A DNA stretch of 64,000 bases, taken from NCBI RefSeq assembly GCF_001194135.2, contig NC_068984.1, forward strand, positions 122,650,921-122,714,920, read 5' to 3'. The notes under the pieces were generated by a model. That model ran no database searches and was not told the origin of the DNA. It worked only from the letters and a program-made list of their open reading frames with translations. Source of the stretch: Octopus bimaculoides (Eukaryota). Position numbers and translations under genes: made by a program. Position 1 is the first letter of the stretch. Each line of letters starts with the position of its first letter. Shown here piece after piece: positions 48,567 to 62,357 of the stretch.

Positions 48567-50626
48567 ACCAAAAATAGTTTGGCTTGTCTTTTGACCCGTA
48601 ATAGTGGTCTTTTAGACAGGCAAAAGGCCATTATTCTGAGAGGACGATGTGAAGATGTAGTCTTCTATACTGACCCTGGAAAGATTAAAAAATAAAAAAA
48701 AAGTTGACGGTCTAACAGTATTTGAACTCAGAACAAAAATATTCGCGAAGCATTTTAATAAAAGCTGTTAAGTTTTTCATAATTTACTTTCCTACCAAAC
48801 TTGGGTCACTACAACCCATTAGTGAATGCATGAACGTCACGTAATCATAATCCGATCGCCTCTCCTTTGTAATTTTGTGATGTATGGCCGTTCGGTGTAT
48901 GGGCGGGTCTGATATTTGCCAGTGGCATTTCCTTATATGGTGGTACGAGTTAATAATTTCATTTACTTTCATTTCGTAAGTTTCATACTGAACGGGTGGA
49001 AAAGAGACGGTTGGTGAGATAAAGGTCACTGACTACACTTGCGTTTGTGCCCTCGTTATATTGATATGCAGGTCTCACTACTCTGCCTGCATGCGTCTAT
49101 CTGTATGTCTGTCTGTCTGTCTATCTATCTATCTTATCTCTTTCCTTTTCCCTCCTTTCTGCTATTCTAGTTAGTTGTATGTGATCGTGCTGGGACATTC
49201 TCTTTCTCTTTCTCTCTTCCTCCCCCTCTCTCTCTTCCCCCTCTCTCTCCCTTCCCTCTCTCTCTCCCTTCCCTCTCTCTCTCTCACTCTCTCTCTCTCT
49301 CACACACAAACACACCAAAATACGTGAGTTCGTGCTTGCTTTTCACTTCCGTAAGTATATTCGATAACAGCATGATCGAATTGTCAAGAAATTCGCTTTG
49401 CGTTCACGAAGTCCCAGGTTCGATCCCACTGCGTGGCATCTTGGCCAAGTACCTTTTACCATGGCTTTCAGTTGACCCAAAATCCGTTAGATAGGCTGTA
49501 CCCGTATTTTGAATGTCAAACCTTCACGCACTGTATCACGCTGATTCAGCATGACAATTACTTTAAGGTTACACGTATCTGTGGAATGTTCTTCCACGCA
49601 CACGTTAATGCAGTGATCGGGTGGTTTCGGTTGGTTAAACTGAATAGTCATCGTCGAAATCGACAGAGATCCCTTTACGTGAGTAGTGTATCGTGTGTGT
49701 GAGAGAGGGAGAAGTTACTATATAAAATTCAAACATGAATAGCATCTATGGGCGAAAGGCTGTTTTTAATCTAATACTTCCTGCTCTCACCTCTCCCATA
49801 TTTACTTAGATAAGTTTTGGCCAGCATTGGCCCAAACCATATCTAACTTAATAGCACCACCCGGTAAAGATATTTAAAAGACATATGAGTCATTCTTTGG
49901 GTATCCATAGCCCATTCGAGTAGAGAGCTATTATTTGCAGAGATATATCCGGAGGTAGGTGGTTTATCTGGAATTCGTTAGAGATAATCGTCCAGGAGCC
50001 GTTTAAATATTAGGGGATCTTTTTCTTATGTGTCTTGGTATGATGTTAAAGAGAGCATGGCCAGCTGAGGTGAAGTAGTTCTGTATGAGTGTTGTGATGT
50101 GATGCGAACATAGCTTTTGTAGAGGACGGATAGCACGGAGACCAAGCCTCGAGTACCAAAGTAAATGATTGAGAAAAAAAAAAAAAGAAAAACATCAATG
50201 CACTCTGATTTAAGAACAAGGCTAGCGTGATAGCAACGTCCAGCAAACAACAAACACAAGGCTAACAGTTTTGAGAAAAAAATGTAAGTCGATACAATGA
50301 ACTCTGGTACTTCGTTTTATCGACCCCCGGAGGGATGAAGGGCAAAGTTGACCCCAGCGGGAATTGAACTCGGAGCGTAAAGAGTCGGTAAAAGTATACA
50401 AAGGTATTTTGTCAGACGCTTTAACGATCCTGCCAGCTCGCCGTTCTCTGATTTAGACACAACGCCAGTAATTTCGAGGGAAAGGTGTAAATCGGTCCCA
50501 TCGACCCCTGTACTTGACTAGTACTTCATTTTATCAATCTTGAAAGGTGAATAACAACACTGTAGTTGATTTAAACAGACTTTTGCTCGGTCGAAACAGC
50601 CGACACGCTTCACCTGCAACGCTGCG

Positions 50627-50659
50627 ATGTCTAACGTCAATGAAAAGAAGACCCGGGAT
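50627..50659 (+). CDS. Weak candidate first coding exon MSNVNEKKTRD (phase 0)
   Basis: ATG in a CpG-rich unique segment, gat|gtattt donor, phase matching the 51992 acceptor. Confidence 0.25.
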
Positions 50660-51073
50660 GTATTTATAGATTTTGTTGTTTTACGTTATGTGGCTACAAA
50701 CAAATAGAATGTCCTTGTGTTCGGTGATGCGACGCTTCTTTCAAAGAAACAGATAGCTGACAAGGAGGAGATGTGTATACTTAATAAGCGGTGAAAATAT
50801 AAAGTGAAAGAAAGAGAAAAAAAAAATGTTTGGTATCATGAAGAAGTGTGACTGTAAGCAGCGTAAGGTATTAGATGCATATATATGGGTAAGATGATGT
50901 AATGTGACTGTAATCAGTAAATTGCTGGATACGGATAACATTTTACTCAGATCTCTTCCCATATACATTATATTTTAAATACAATATTCCAAGGTTTTTC
51001 AAAATGTTTAGACTATTGATGTTTCACTCATAAGGTCGTGGATTCAGACCCAGTGACAGCAATTATAGCGTCT

Positions 51074-51116
<43 letters not shown>

Positions 51117-51479
51117 GAAGCGAAGGAAATTCTGATTTAAGATGTAAGGGAGATAACTTGCCGTTTGTTGAATGATTGGTTAAGTTAGACTTGTCGTTCT
51201 TGCTCCTGTTGTCATCGTCCTTATTCTGTCGTTGCTTTCATCGTTCTTATTTTTGTGATGATGGTGGTTGAAGCGATTATAACATTAGAAATTCAGGGTC
51301 GTTGTAATATTCACCTCTGCCAAGTCTTCCTTGTAGATACTAACTTTCAGAAGTTCAGACCGGCGGTCAACTGCATTATCCTCACTAATGTGAGAATCCA
51401 TTCTACCTCTTTTCACACACGCATTAACATGGGGGGAAAAAAAAAAGAGGCACGCAACGAAGGTTATTGTTGTTTTGTT

Positions 51480-51860
51480 GACACTCCGTCGCTTACGACG
51501 TCGAGGGTTCCAGTTGATCCGATCAACGGAACAGCCTGCTCGTGAAATTAACGTGCAAGTGGTTGAGCGCTCCACAGACACGTGTACCCTTAACGTAGTT
51601 CTCGGGAATATTCAGCGTGACACAGTGTGACAAGGTTGACCCTTTGAAATACAAGCACAACAGAAACAAGAAGAAAGAGTGAGAGAAAGTTGTGGTGAAA
51701 GAGTACAGCAGGGTTCGCCACTACCCTCTGCCGGGGCCTTGTGGAACTTTAGGTGTTTTCGCTCAATAAACACTAACAACGCCCGGTCTGGGAATCGAAA
51801 GCGCGATCCTACGACCACGAGTCAGCTGCCCTAACCACTGGGCCATTGCGCCTCCACCAT
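51480..51860 (-). mobile_element. Young tRNA SINE with a GC-rich central domain
   Basis: Minus-strand head gtggaggcgcaatggcccagtggttagggcagctgactc..ggttcgattccc-type B box; the central domain is shared with the decayed + copy at about 49370-49680. Confidence 0.75.
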
Positions 51861-51991
51861 AATATAATGAGCCAGAATATATACAACAAAATATTTCTAA
51901 CATTGATACAAGAATATAAATTTTGTTAAAGTTTATAAGTTGATTATATCAATCTCATTGGGGCTTTTTTTTTTTTTTTTCTCAGTTATAG

Positions 51992-52109
51992 ACAGATGGA
52001 AAACTAAGTCAACTTAAGCAAGAACTGAATTCAATATGTCTGAAAAGACTTCATTGGTCGACTTACAATCGCCTTCCTGTTACTGACAGTAAATTACTTC
52101 TAGGGAAAG
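51992..52109 (+). CDS. Candidate internal exon TDGKLSQLKQELNSICLKRLHWSTYNRLPVTDSKLLLGK
   Basis: Long T tract followed by tandem AGs (51985, 51991, 51995), 39 open codons and aag|gtaatt donor. Protein not recognised. Confidence 0.5.
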
Positions 52110-53173
52110 GTAATTTTATAGTGTCAGTCATACCTCAGTGAATACCATATCCTGATATAAGGCTAATTGTTGAAATCTCAGTTGTAAGGATTGAAGTTCA
52201 AATACAACAGCTGTACTTTAGTTGTTCAGTTTTCCTAGTTAGAACATGTTGTGTACATCTATTGCACAAAGTTAGCCAATCAAATTAGATGTGTATATAA
52301 GTTGCACAATATGTGTATACCTATTATATATCAAATGTATCTATTAAATATTTATGTATCAGCTGCACACAGTTGACTTCCCAAATGTTTTGTCATTCAT
52401 TGTCTATATTACACCTGTTGGACACAAGCATGACTCAGTGATCAGGAAGTTTGCTTTGCAACCATGTGGTTCTGGGCTTGATCCCACTGCTCAAAACCTA
52501 TCATACATAGCCCTAGGCTGACCAATACTTTGTAAGTGGGATTTGGTAGGTGAAAGTCTGCAGAAGTCTATTGTATGTGTAACTATTAACCATTATTGTA
52601 CTTTGTTTTTAGTTTGATCAACCTCACATTGCTTATGTACTCAGTTTGATTACTGTTCTGCTGAAATATACTGCTTTTGTTTCAATTAATTTTGAAAACA
52701 ATGAAAAATCTATTGAAATAACTGACATTATTGTGGTCAGCACATAAATATGGAATTTTGATGGAAGGTTTTTAATTTAGATCGCTTTAAAATAAGGAAT
52801 TTGTATTATAGAACTTGGGGTAGTCTTAGGCAGGTTGGTGCTAAAAGGGCTAACTTTTTTTAGTGTGAGGAACTTCCTTTAATACAATCTGCATTGGGTT
52901 TGTCTGACTTATGATTAACATCTGTTATTGTGTGAGTGATACTTCTTTTTGTATTTAATTGTTGTTGTTGTTGGTATATACAAAGAAGGGTATTATTCCT
53001 ACTGTTTAGGATCTCTCTCAGATGAGACTAAGAGGAGAATGAATATGATACATATAGTTAATGCTGTTAACTTACCTGGGATCACCAGTGAATATTGGAT
53101 CTTTTAATGGATTTACTTTGTCAAATTCATGGCAGTAACATCTATTAATTTTCATGGCTTCTCTTTAGCCATT

Positions 53174-53205
<32 letters not shown>

Positions 53206-53487
53206 TGAGATTAATGGTTATGAGGACCCATAAACAAAACATTCTGTTGGAATCCCTTTATAAAACTAATAAAGATTTTGTTGTGGAACCTGTAACCAAA
53301 ACCTGAACTATGAAGAAGGAACTTCTTATGGAAGTTTCAAACATCTCATGGTATGAGTAAATATTTATAGACACACAGAAAAGACCAAAGAAAAGATTTA
53401 TAGACAACCCATGCATTTTTATTTACTGTTGCTCAATGCTGAGTAAGCTTACCTGGTCACTGCTATCTTGCTAAGCTGCAAGCCATA

Positions 53488-53660
53488 TCATCATCATCAT
53501 CATCATAGATAAATGTCCATTTTCCATGCTGGCATGAGTTGGACGGTTTGACAGGTCTGGAGAGCCAGCAGCTGCACCAGGTTCCAATCTGATCTGGCAA
53601 AGTTTCTACAACTGGATGCCCTTCCTAATGCCTACCACTCCGAGAGTGTAGTGGGTGCTT
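53488..53660 (-). mobile_element. RTE-type LINE 3' tail
   Basis: (CAT)n..ccattttccatgctggcatgagttggacgg..ggatgcccttcctaatgcc. Confidence 0.8.
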
Positions 53661-55389
53661 TTTCAGGAACCCTTAAAATGCTATAGTGGATCCCCAATTT
53701 ACTATTTTGTTGTGTTGATCCCCGAAAATTTTATATGGATCCTTGGGGGTCATTTGGATCCCAGTTGAGAACCACTGGTTTAGTCAAATAAATCAACCCC
53801 AATACTTATTAAGTTTGGTGCTTCTATCTGTCTTTTTTGCTGAACCACTAAGTTTCAGGCATAAACAAACACCACTTGTTAAGCAGTGGTGATTGCAGAT
53901 GGGGGTACAAATGCAATGACATGTGCGTAATTGCACACACACACACACACACACACACTGGGCCTGCTCAGAGTTTCCGTCTTCCAGCTTCGCTCACAAA
54001 GCATTGGTTGGCCTGGGACTATAGTCAAAGATACTTGCCCAAGGTACCACTGAATAGGGCTGGACTAGAAACCACAGGGTTGCCAAGCGAACTTCTTCAC
54101 TTGGCACGATGTGTGTGTGTGTGCATGTGTGTAATCTCTGTCAACGAGCTGTGAAATAACCAGTTGTGATCAATGTCTGTTGCTTCTAACTTCCCACATG
54201 GGCTGAAAATTCCACAGGTCAGATGTTAATATTATTCAGAGAGGGTGCTGTGTGTCTGTTTTGGAAGGGGTAAGCAGAGAGTATGGTTTCTAATAACTAT
54301 GTATGGAGAGAGAGGACAGGTCTATTTATACCGGATCATGCCGGGCATGGTTTGTCAATATCTGTTTATGGTAGAGGTGAGGGGGGGGGGTTAGAAGATG
54401 GGGGTGGGAGTGGAGATGGTGGTGGCAGGGTTGGAGAGGAGATGATGGTGGTCCTGCCAATGGACATACCTATGTGATGATTAATTCATGGACACCATGA
54501 CACTTGATCACTATTACTTTCTGAGTATGTGTGCTTCTGTGTGTCTGTATGTAGATAGGTAGGTAGGTAGGTAGGTAGGTAGATAGATAGATATGTGTGT
54601 ATAAAGTTTATATGACAGTCATTAGTTCTCTATCACAAGCTGTTCTCTCCCCCCTCTCTCCCTCCCCTCTCTCTCTCTGTCTTTCTCTCTCCACCCAATC
54701 CACCATTTGTTCTTTTCTTTTTACTTCTTCTCTCTGATCACATTTACTCTCCCTTTCACCCTCTCCTTGAGATCATTCTCTCAATTCACCCCTCCCTCTT
54801 CTCCACTGCTCTTATCTTTAACTTTTCCTCTCTAACCTCTGCTGTGAAACTTTGTTTCTCTGTCTCTCTGTCTCTCTCTCCCTCTCCTCTTCCCCTCCTT
54901 ATCTGTCTCTCACCACTTTCCTGTAGTCNNNNNNNNNNNNNNNNNNNNNNNNNNNNNNNNNNTTCCACTCCAGTAGACCACTTTCTCTCGCCAGTTCAGC
55001 TAGGAAACTTTTACATGTAAGGTGGCACTGCAGATTATCTTAACTTCTACATGAAGGTAAAGAAACATACTCTACTTTTATTATAGTTCATATGTATATA
55101 TATATATACACACACATACACACACATATTACTTTTGCTTGTGTACACACACACATAACCCATGCATGCTGACGCATAGCGTGCAACATTTTTATCAGCT
55201 CTCACATATATGCATATCAACACAGTCAACATAAAGCATACACGTAGGTGGGTAATACACACCAGTGTGTGTGTATGTGTGTTGTTTGTGTTCTGTGTGT
55301 GTATATATACTTACAAACATACACTAATACACATATTGTGTACATACTCATTTTGACATAGATTGAACGCAATCTCTTCACTTTATTTA

Positions 55390-55427
<38 letters not shown>

Positions 55428-55430
55428 ATA

Positions 55431-55593
55431 GGCACCGGAGTGGGTGTGTGGCAAGTAGCTTGCTTATCAACTACATGGTTCCGAGTTCAGTCCCACTGCG
55501 TGGCACCATGGGCAAGTGTCTACTACTATAGCCTCAGGCCGACCAAAGCCATGCGAGTGGTTTCATAGACAGAAACTGAAAGAAGCCTGTCGA

Positions 55594-55626
<33 letters not shown>

Positions 55627-55832
55627 GTCTGTGTGTCTGTGTTTGTGCCCCCCCCCCACATCACTTGACAACCGATGCTGGTGTGTTTACGTCTCTGTAA
55701 CTTAGTGGTTCGGCAAAAAAGACTGATAGAATAAGTACTAGGCTTACAAAGAATACGCTCTGGGGGTTGATTTGCTTGACTAAAGGCAGTGTTCCAGCAT
55801 GGCTGCAGTCAAGTGACTGAAACAAATAAAAG

Positions 55833-55835
<3 letters not shown>
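55431..55835 (+). mobile_element. Full-length young tRNA SINE family A (reference copy)
   Basis: A-box-like gtgtgtggcaagtagc, B-box-like ccgagttcagtccc, internal (TA)/(TG) microsatellite, tail ending aaacaaataaaagaa. Confidence 0.85.
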
Positions 55836-55864
<29 letters not shown>

Positions 55865-56097
55865 AACCCTTGTGTTTCATGTAAGAAATCATCATTAAAA
55901 TTTTTGCCCCTTGATAAATTATATGAAAGGTAACTGAAGCAGTTGTCTTGATACAGGTAATGGCTTTATCCTTAAGTATTCATCAGCATGAAGGGGTGTA
56001 GAGAATGTGGAGAAAGAAAGCAAGGGATATTTAGGGATTTGAAGTATTTTGACATATGAGTGGTTGTCCCCTTCACTTTATTGAACGAGTGGGAGCC

Positions 56098-56150
<53 letters not shown>

Positions 56151-56151
56151 T

Positions 56152-56505
56152 ATCTTTTTACTTGTTTCAGTGATTAGACTGTGGCCATGCTGGGGCACAA
56201 CCCCAAATCTTTTGTTGAACTAATTTCAACCCCAGTACTTTTTTTTAAGTCTTCAGTCTCTTTTGCCAAAGTGTGGATGTAAACAAACCAACACCGGTTG
56301 TTCAGTTGTGGTGGGGGACAAACACACACACACGTATGGGTGTGTGTGTGATGAGCTTCTTTCAGATTCCATGCATCAGATCCACTCACAAAGCTTTGGT
56401 TGGCCCAAGCCTATAGTAGAAGACACTTGCACAAGGTGCCACATAGTAGGACTAAACTCGGAACTATGTGGTTGGGAAGCAAACTTCTTATCATATAGCC
56501 ATGCC
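56152..56505 (-). mobile_element. SINE family A, inverted relative to 55431
   Basis: Reverse complement of the reference copy. Confidence 0.8.
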
Positions 56506-57560
56506 TGAATCTCTGTTTGTGTGTGTATCTAGAGAGAGAAAGAGAGAGAGAGATGTATATCACGCATCTTTGTCACATTCTCTTAGCTTCCTTTCTCTGG
56601 TTTTCCTTGAGATAGTTTATTGAGGCAACATGACTTGCAGAAAATACCAGCACTGTATTGAAATGTTTATCTTTTTGTTGTCCTTGTGGCAAATAGAGGA
56701 ATAACAAGCCAACGAAGGATAATCTACATGATCATTCTGTCTATCTAAAGTAGCAGTCCAGTCTCACTCAAATCGCACCCTATCATTTTAATAAGAGGAA
56801 GTCACTAGATGATGTAGTCCTTGATACACTATGTTTGAAAATACAGTGGAATGGTTATAGTTAGAATCCTTTTTGAGCATGTCTACTAGGTCAGCTCTTA
56901 CCTGAGGCTACACAATAACAATGGGCAGCAAATCAACAATGTCATTAGAGCATAGTACAAATGCTTTGTGCTGTTTACTTTGGCTCTGTTCACTTCTCAG
57001 TCCAAATCCTGCTGAGATCAGCTTTGCCATTTATCCTTTTGTGGGTTGATAAAATTAAGTACCAGTTTAGAGTGTTGGATTTGCAGAATTGTTAGCATGT
57101 CAGAGATGATAATTTGTAGTATATGTTCAGATGCTTTGTGTTCTGAGTTGTTGAGTGGTAGATTTAACCCATTACCTAGTTTAACACATCACCTGGTCCT
57201 TGGATATCTCAATTTCTGAGATATGCACTTGGCCAAAAGTATTGGTAGAAAGGCTGAAGTCAATTTTAATGAATCTCAAAACTTGACTTGTATTTTCACC
57301 AATCTTTGATGGATGAAAGACAAACTCTGGAAGATTTGAACTGAGAATATAAAAGATAGATAATAATTTACCTCAACCCATCTGTTTGCCTATGTTTCAA
57401 TTAATTTTGAAAATAATGTAGAATTTAATAAAGTGACATTGTCATTGTTAAGCTGGTGTTTGGAACATAAATTAATATGAAATTTAGATAACTTTAAAAC
57501 AGGAAAATTGTATCATGGAATCAAAGGTAGTCTGAGGCAGGTTGGTATCAGAACGGTTAA

Positions 57561-58173
57561 CCCCTTCTACCATGAAAATCAAATTTGTGCCCTCAAAATT
57601 TCATTAGCCTTAACTATGGAAAGCAGTTTTATTTACCAATCCATCTTTTGTTGAGGAATGTCATGCTTGAAACTATTTCTTGTTGAGATATGTCAGGTTT
57701 AATGAGGCAACATTACTTTCAGAAAATACGAATTCCATTTTTTTCTTTTGTATATATTTAACATTGTTAGTGGAATAACCATGAAGTTTAATTTCACATT
57801 TAAATATTTAAGTAATCTGCCATAGCTATGTTGGTCATGTTGCATCTTTAAAAAGTCCATGAAATATCTTATTGTTGGTCACATCACAGTTTTATATTGG
57901 TTATCTCACAGTGTAGTGTTGGTCATAACTTAGGTTTAACTTTTCACTGCAAAAGTCAGATATATCCACTTAAAATTTCATAACTGTTAACTGCAGAAAG
58001 CAGTTTTTTATATACCAATCTACCCTTAGTTGAATGTCATGCTTGAAACTAATTTTCCTTCAGATAGTTTATTGAAGCAACATGACTTGTAGAAAATACC
58101 AGTTCTATTTTTTTGGTATATATTTAACATCATTACTGAAACAACCATGAAATTTAATTTCACGGTTAAAGGG
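57561..58173. mobile_element. piggyBac-like MITE flanked by TTAA, with internal duplication
   Basis: TTAA|cccctt...aaaggg|TTAA; about 57610-57800 is repeated at about 57985-58165; related fragments at 40550-40720 (-) and 56590-56660. Confidence 0.7.
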
Positions 58174-58619
58174 TTAAAGCATTTTGTCTGCCATCCTACA
58201 AATTCTACTGACTGACTGCTATTAATAATGGTAATAATTATTTCTTATATAGCCACAAAGCTACCAATTTGGGGTGGAGAATACAGAAAGTTAGACTGAT
58301 TACATGCAGTATTTGACTGATACTGTATGTTATCAACCCTTGAATGGTAAAAAGTAAAGTTGAAAACTATGGGGTTTGAATTTTTGAGCATAGAATGCCA
58401 AACAGAAGTGTTGTATTAAATTCTTGGCAATAGTCAGTCCAATAAAAAGCAGTGAGCTGGAAGGACCATTAGCACACCAGGCAAAATGCTTAGTAGCTTT
58501 TCAGCCATTTTTATGTTCTGAGTTCAAATTCTGCTGAGATTGACTTAGCCTTTCGGCATCGATAAAATAAGTACCAGTTGAACTCTGGGATTGATGTAAT
58601 CACCTTACCCCACTCCCCT

Positions 58620-58845
58620 GAAATTGCTGGACTTGTGCCGCCAGTACCGCCTGACTGGCCCTCGTGCGGGTGACACGTAAAAGAACCCACTACACTCTCT
58701 GAGTGGTTGGCTTTAGGAAGGGCATCCAGCTGTAGAAACTCTGCCAAATTAGATTGGAGCCTGGTGTTGCCATCCGGTTTCACCAGTCCTCAGTCAAATC
58801 GTCCAACCCATGCTAGCATGGAAAGCGGACGTTAAACGATGATTA
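58620..58845 (+). mobile_element. RTE-type 3' region inserted into a SINE family B copy
   Basis: gccagtaccgcctgactggc..cggacgttaaacgatgat abutting the SINE B copy at 58448-58630. Confidence 0.8.
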
Positions 58846-59409
58846 TTCAGCCCAACAATTATGCATTCTGAGTTTCTATCCTACAGGTGTCGACTTTGCC
58901 TCTGGCAGGTGGGAGATTAAGTGAAATAAGTAACGGTAATATACTGGGGTCACTTTAATCAATTACCCATCAGCTAGGTGGCAGTTTTAAAGTAGGTGAA
59001 GAATTAAGCCTATTAACTTTATGTGCCTCTAATGCTTTTGTCCTTCATGCTTAATGTTAGAAGCCGTCTAGGACAGAATCTGTGTTCAAATTCCCACTTT
59101 GCCTTTTGTTCTTCCAGGGTTGATAAAATAAGAATCAGCCAAATACTATGGTTGGTATCATCAGTTATTCCCTCCTGGATTTCTGAGATTCTTGCTGATG
59201 ACATAGAATGAAAAGATTGGGAATGGCTGTTTGGACACTGGTGATTTGACATGGCTGACTGGACATTTAACCTGTTTTGGTGGCAGCACATTTTGGTGCT
59301 GGAGAGAAACACAAGCACGCACGCGAACACACACGTGCACACACACACACAAATGCATGCAGGGAGATAGATATACAAACAGATTGAGGAAGAGAGAGAG
59401 GAAGAATAC

Positions 59410-59782
59410 AGGCATGGTTGTGTGGTAAAAAGCTTGCTTCTCGACTACATTGTCCTGGGTTCAGTCCCACTATATGGCACCTTAGGCAAATATCTTCTAC
59501 TATAGCCTCAGGCCGGCCAAAGCCTTGTGAGTGGATTTGGTGGACAGAAACTGAAAGAAGCCTGTCGTGTGTGTGTGTGTGTGTGTGTTTACCCCCTCTT
59601 CCCATCGTTTGACAACCGATGTTAGTGTGTTTACATCCCCGTAACTTAATTAACGATTTGGTAAGAGACTAATAGAATAAGTACTAAGTCCTTGGATCAA
59701 TTTCTTCAACTGAAACCCTTCAAGGCAGTGCTCCAGCTTGGTCACAGTCAAATGACTGAAACAAGTAAAAGAATAAAAGAAT
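59410..59782 (+). mobile_element. Full-length SINE family A
   Basis: Colinear with 55431-55835. Confidence 0.8.
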
Positions 59783-62357
59783 ACAAACAAAACTAGATGC
59801 TCACATGTAAACAGTGTGTAGAGCACAAGAGAGATGTTAAAATGTCTGCTGTCAAATCAGTCAGTGACACTAAATAAAGGGTGCCAAAAGAACTGCACCT
59901 AAACATCTCATACCTGTTATAGTAAAATCTCTGAGCAAAGACATGGCAGCAGCAACTGCCCCCCTTGTTTTATTCATACAAGAAATATGTAGTACTGCTT
60001 TATCCAGTCTGTGCTTTACTTTTGAAGATGACATGGTGTGAATTGATGGAGATTTGGCTGCTATTTTTAGTAGGTTGAGTGACCACATAAAGGAACTGTT
60101 GTTGGATTGATTTGTTTATTAGTATATTAAGTCAGTGTTTAGAAGTGGATTATCATTACTGGTAATGACTTTCTGATTCAAGCTTGAGGCTAACAATTTT
60201 GAAGAGAGGGGCTTAGTTGATACCATCGACCCCGGTATCAACTCTGAAAGGATGAAAGGCAAAGCTGACCTTGGTGGGATTTGAACTCAGAATGTAAAGA
60301 GTTGGAACAAATACCACAAAGTCTCTTTTCCAATGCTCTGAGTCTGCCAGCTTCACTGCCTTACAGCATATGTATAATGATAAAATTTCAATCAATGTTC
60401 TTGTTTAGATATGAACACCTTACTGTCCAACCCATGCCAGCATGGAAAACAGGCATAAGATGGTGATGATGATGATGATGATGATAGCCTTAGTATTGCA
60501 CCTTAATCTTAGTGCTCTTGAATGAGTTTATTATTGAATGCTTAGTGGCATTTTGTCTGTCTTTATGTTCTGAGTTCAAATTCTGCGAAGGTCAACTTTG
60601 CCTTTTATCCTTTCAGGGTTGATAAATTAAGTACCAATCAAGTACTGGGCTCAATGTGATCGACTAACCCCATCTTTCAAAATTCCAGGCCTTGTGCCTG
60701 TAGTGGAAATGATCATTGAAGGGCTTAAGCTTGGTGTTTAAAACTTAATTTTCTGGAGAGAAAAATTATAGAAATTTTGTCAGCTGAAAAATTGCATGTT
60801 TTCATTTATTCCACTTGTAGTTTTATTTCAATTTTGAACAAGTTTACGGCTGGTTTCCTGTGAGTTTATAACTTGTATAAGGGAAGAGAGATGGATAGTG
60901 GTGGGGAAGGTTCTCAGGCAAGTTGGTAAGAAAAAATGTTAAGTAAGAAACCATTAGTCAGAAAGTATCCAAGTATTTTAACTGAAACTCCTTCAGGTAT
61001 TTCAGTCATCCAAGTAATTATAGAATTAATTAATTTATGATTAAGTTTGGATTAACTAAAGGAATAACAATTGGGTTTTATTTTTGTTGTTTTGTTTTTC
61101 TCAAACTGAGTGTTAAGTATTGAGACAGTCAACACCTCTCACTTGCAAAATAATTCGTCATGTTTATAATAAACTATTTTAGTACCATAAGACCTTACTA
61201 TATTTGAAGAAAAAAACATTGGAGAGGAATTAATAGATTTTACTGCTTGTGTTTTATGATATGGGAATGCTAAAGCTGTTGGAGAATGAGATGTAGAGAG
61301 TGAGAGAAATAATTTGAACATGTTTTTTTTACCCTTTCTTGCTAAACCTGCCCAACCTCTCTTCATTCTCACTGAGTTTTTGCATCAGAATCCTGGGGTT
61401 AAGAGTTGGAAGCAATTAAAGGGTTAATGGAGTTAGAATTGATAGTGTGCCAATTCTTATTAAATATAAAGTGTAATTTAATGTGTTAAAATTTCCAATT
61501 TCACAAATACTAGTTTGACTGCATTCTGCACTGGCGCTTATCAAATCAGATTTAAGGGCTTCTATGAAGGAAGGTCTGATAAATGGAATTCCGTTTCTAA
61601 AAACAAGATATTAAGGTTTAGATTAAGGCAGCAAGCTGGTTGAATTGTTATCACTGCAGACTCTATCTTTAAGTTCTAAGTTCAAATTCCATTGAGGACA
61701 ACTTTGTCTTTTTATCCTTTCGAGATCAATAAAATAAGTACCAGTTGGGTACCGGGGTCAATGTAATTGAGTCCCCCCACCCACAATTTCAGGCCTTGTA
61801 CCTATAGTAGAAAGGATTAAGAATTTTTTTTATTTAACCCACATTCCTTCCTGTTCTATAGATACATATGTTTCTTTAAGAAATTTTGTAGGTATAAACT
61901 TTACAATCTTTTTCCAATATAAATTTTCTTTTTCCAATATAATTTTTACTTCATTGAAGGTATTTAATCTTTCATGTCACATTCACTTAGATTTTATGTT
62001 CAAACAATAGTTTTAATCTTGAAAAGAAACATTATGTATCTAATTGAGTTTATTCCTTTTAAAATAGCCTTCATTAAGTTTCTTGTGGTTTTCAACCTAT
62101 AAGTTTTAACTGTAATGAAAATACTTCAGATTTCTTAACTGGCTGAGATGATACTCCTTATATTTTTGTAGTTTTTTTATTATCTATTTCTTTTATATCC
62201 TTTTATAGCCATTTTGCTCAAAACAGCTACTTTTTTTTACTATCTTGTAAGTTTTTTCTTAGGCTTAATTGCTTGTAACTTCTTGAAATTTTAATATGAA
62301 AAAAGCCACAACAGTACAGCTATGTAGCTTTTAAATCCAAACTTCAACAGGTTAGAC

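Noticed and set aside
49370-49450. tRNA-like A and B boxes (ggttcgatccc) here and at many other sites
   Set aside because: No cloverleaf; each continues into a SINE body, so these are SINE heads rather than tRNA genes.
53010-53150. Overlapping exon-like signals on both strands (perfect minus-strand CAG|GTAAGT)
   Set aside because: Equally good readings on + and -, no recognisable peptide, and expected by chance at this AT content.
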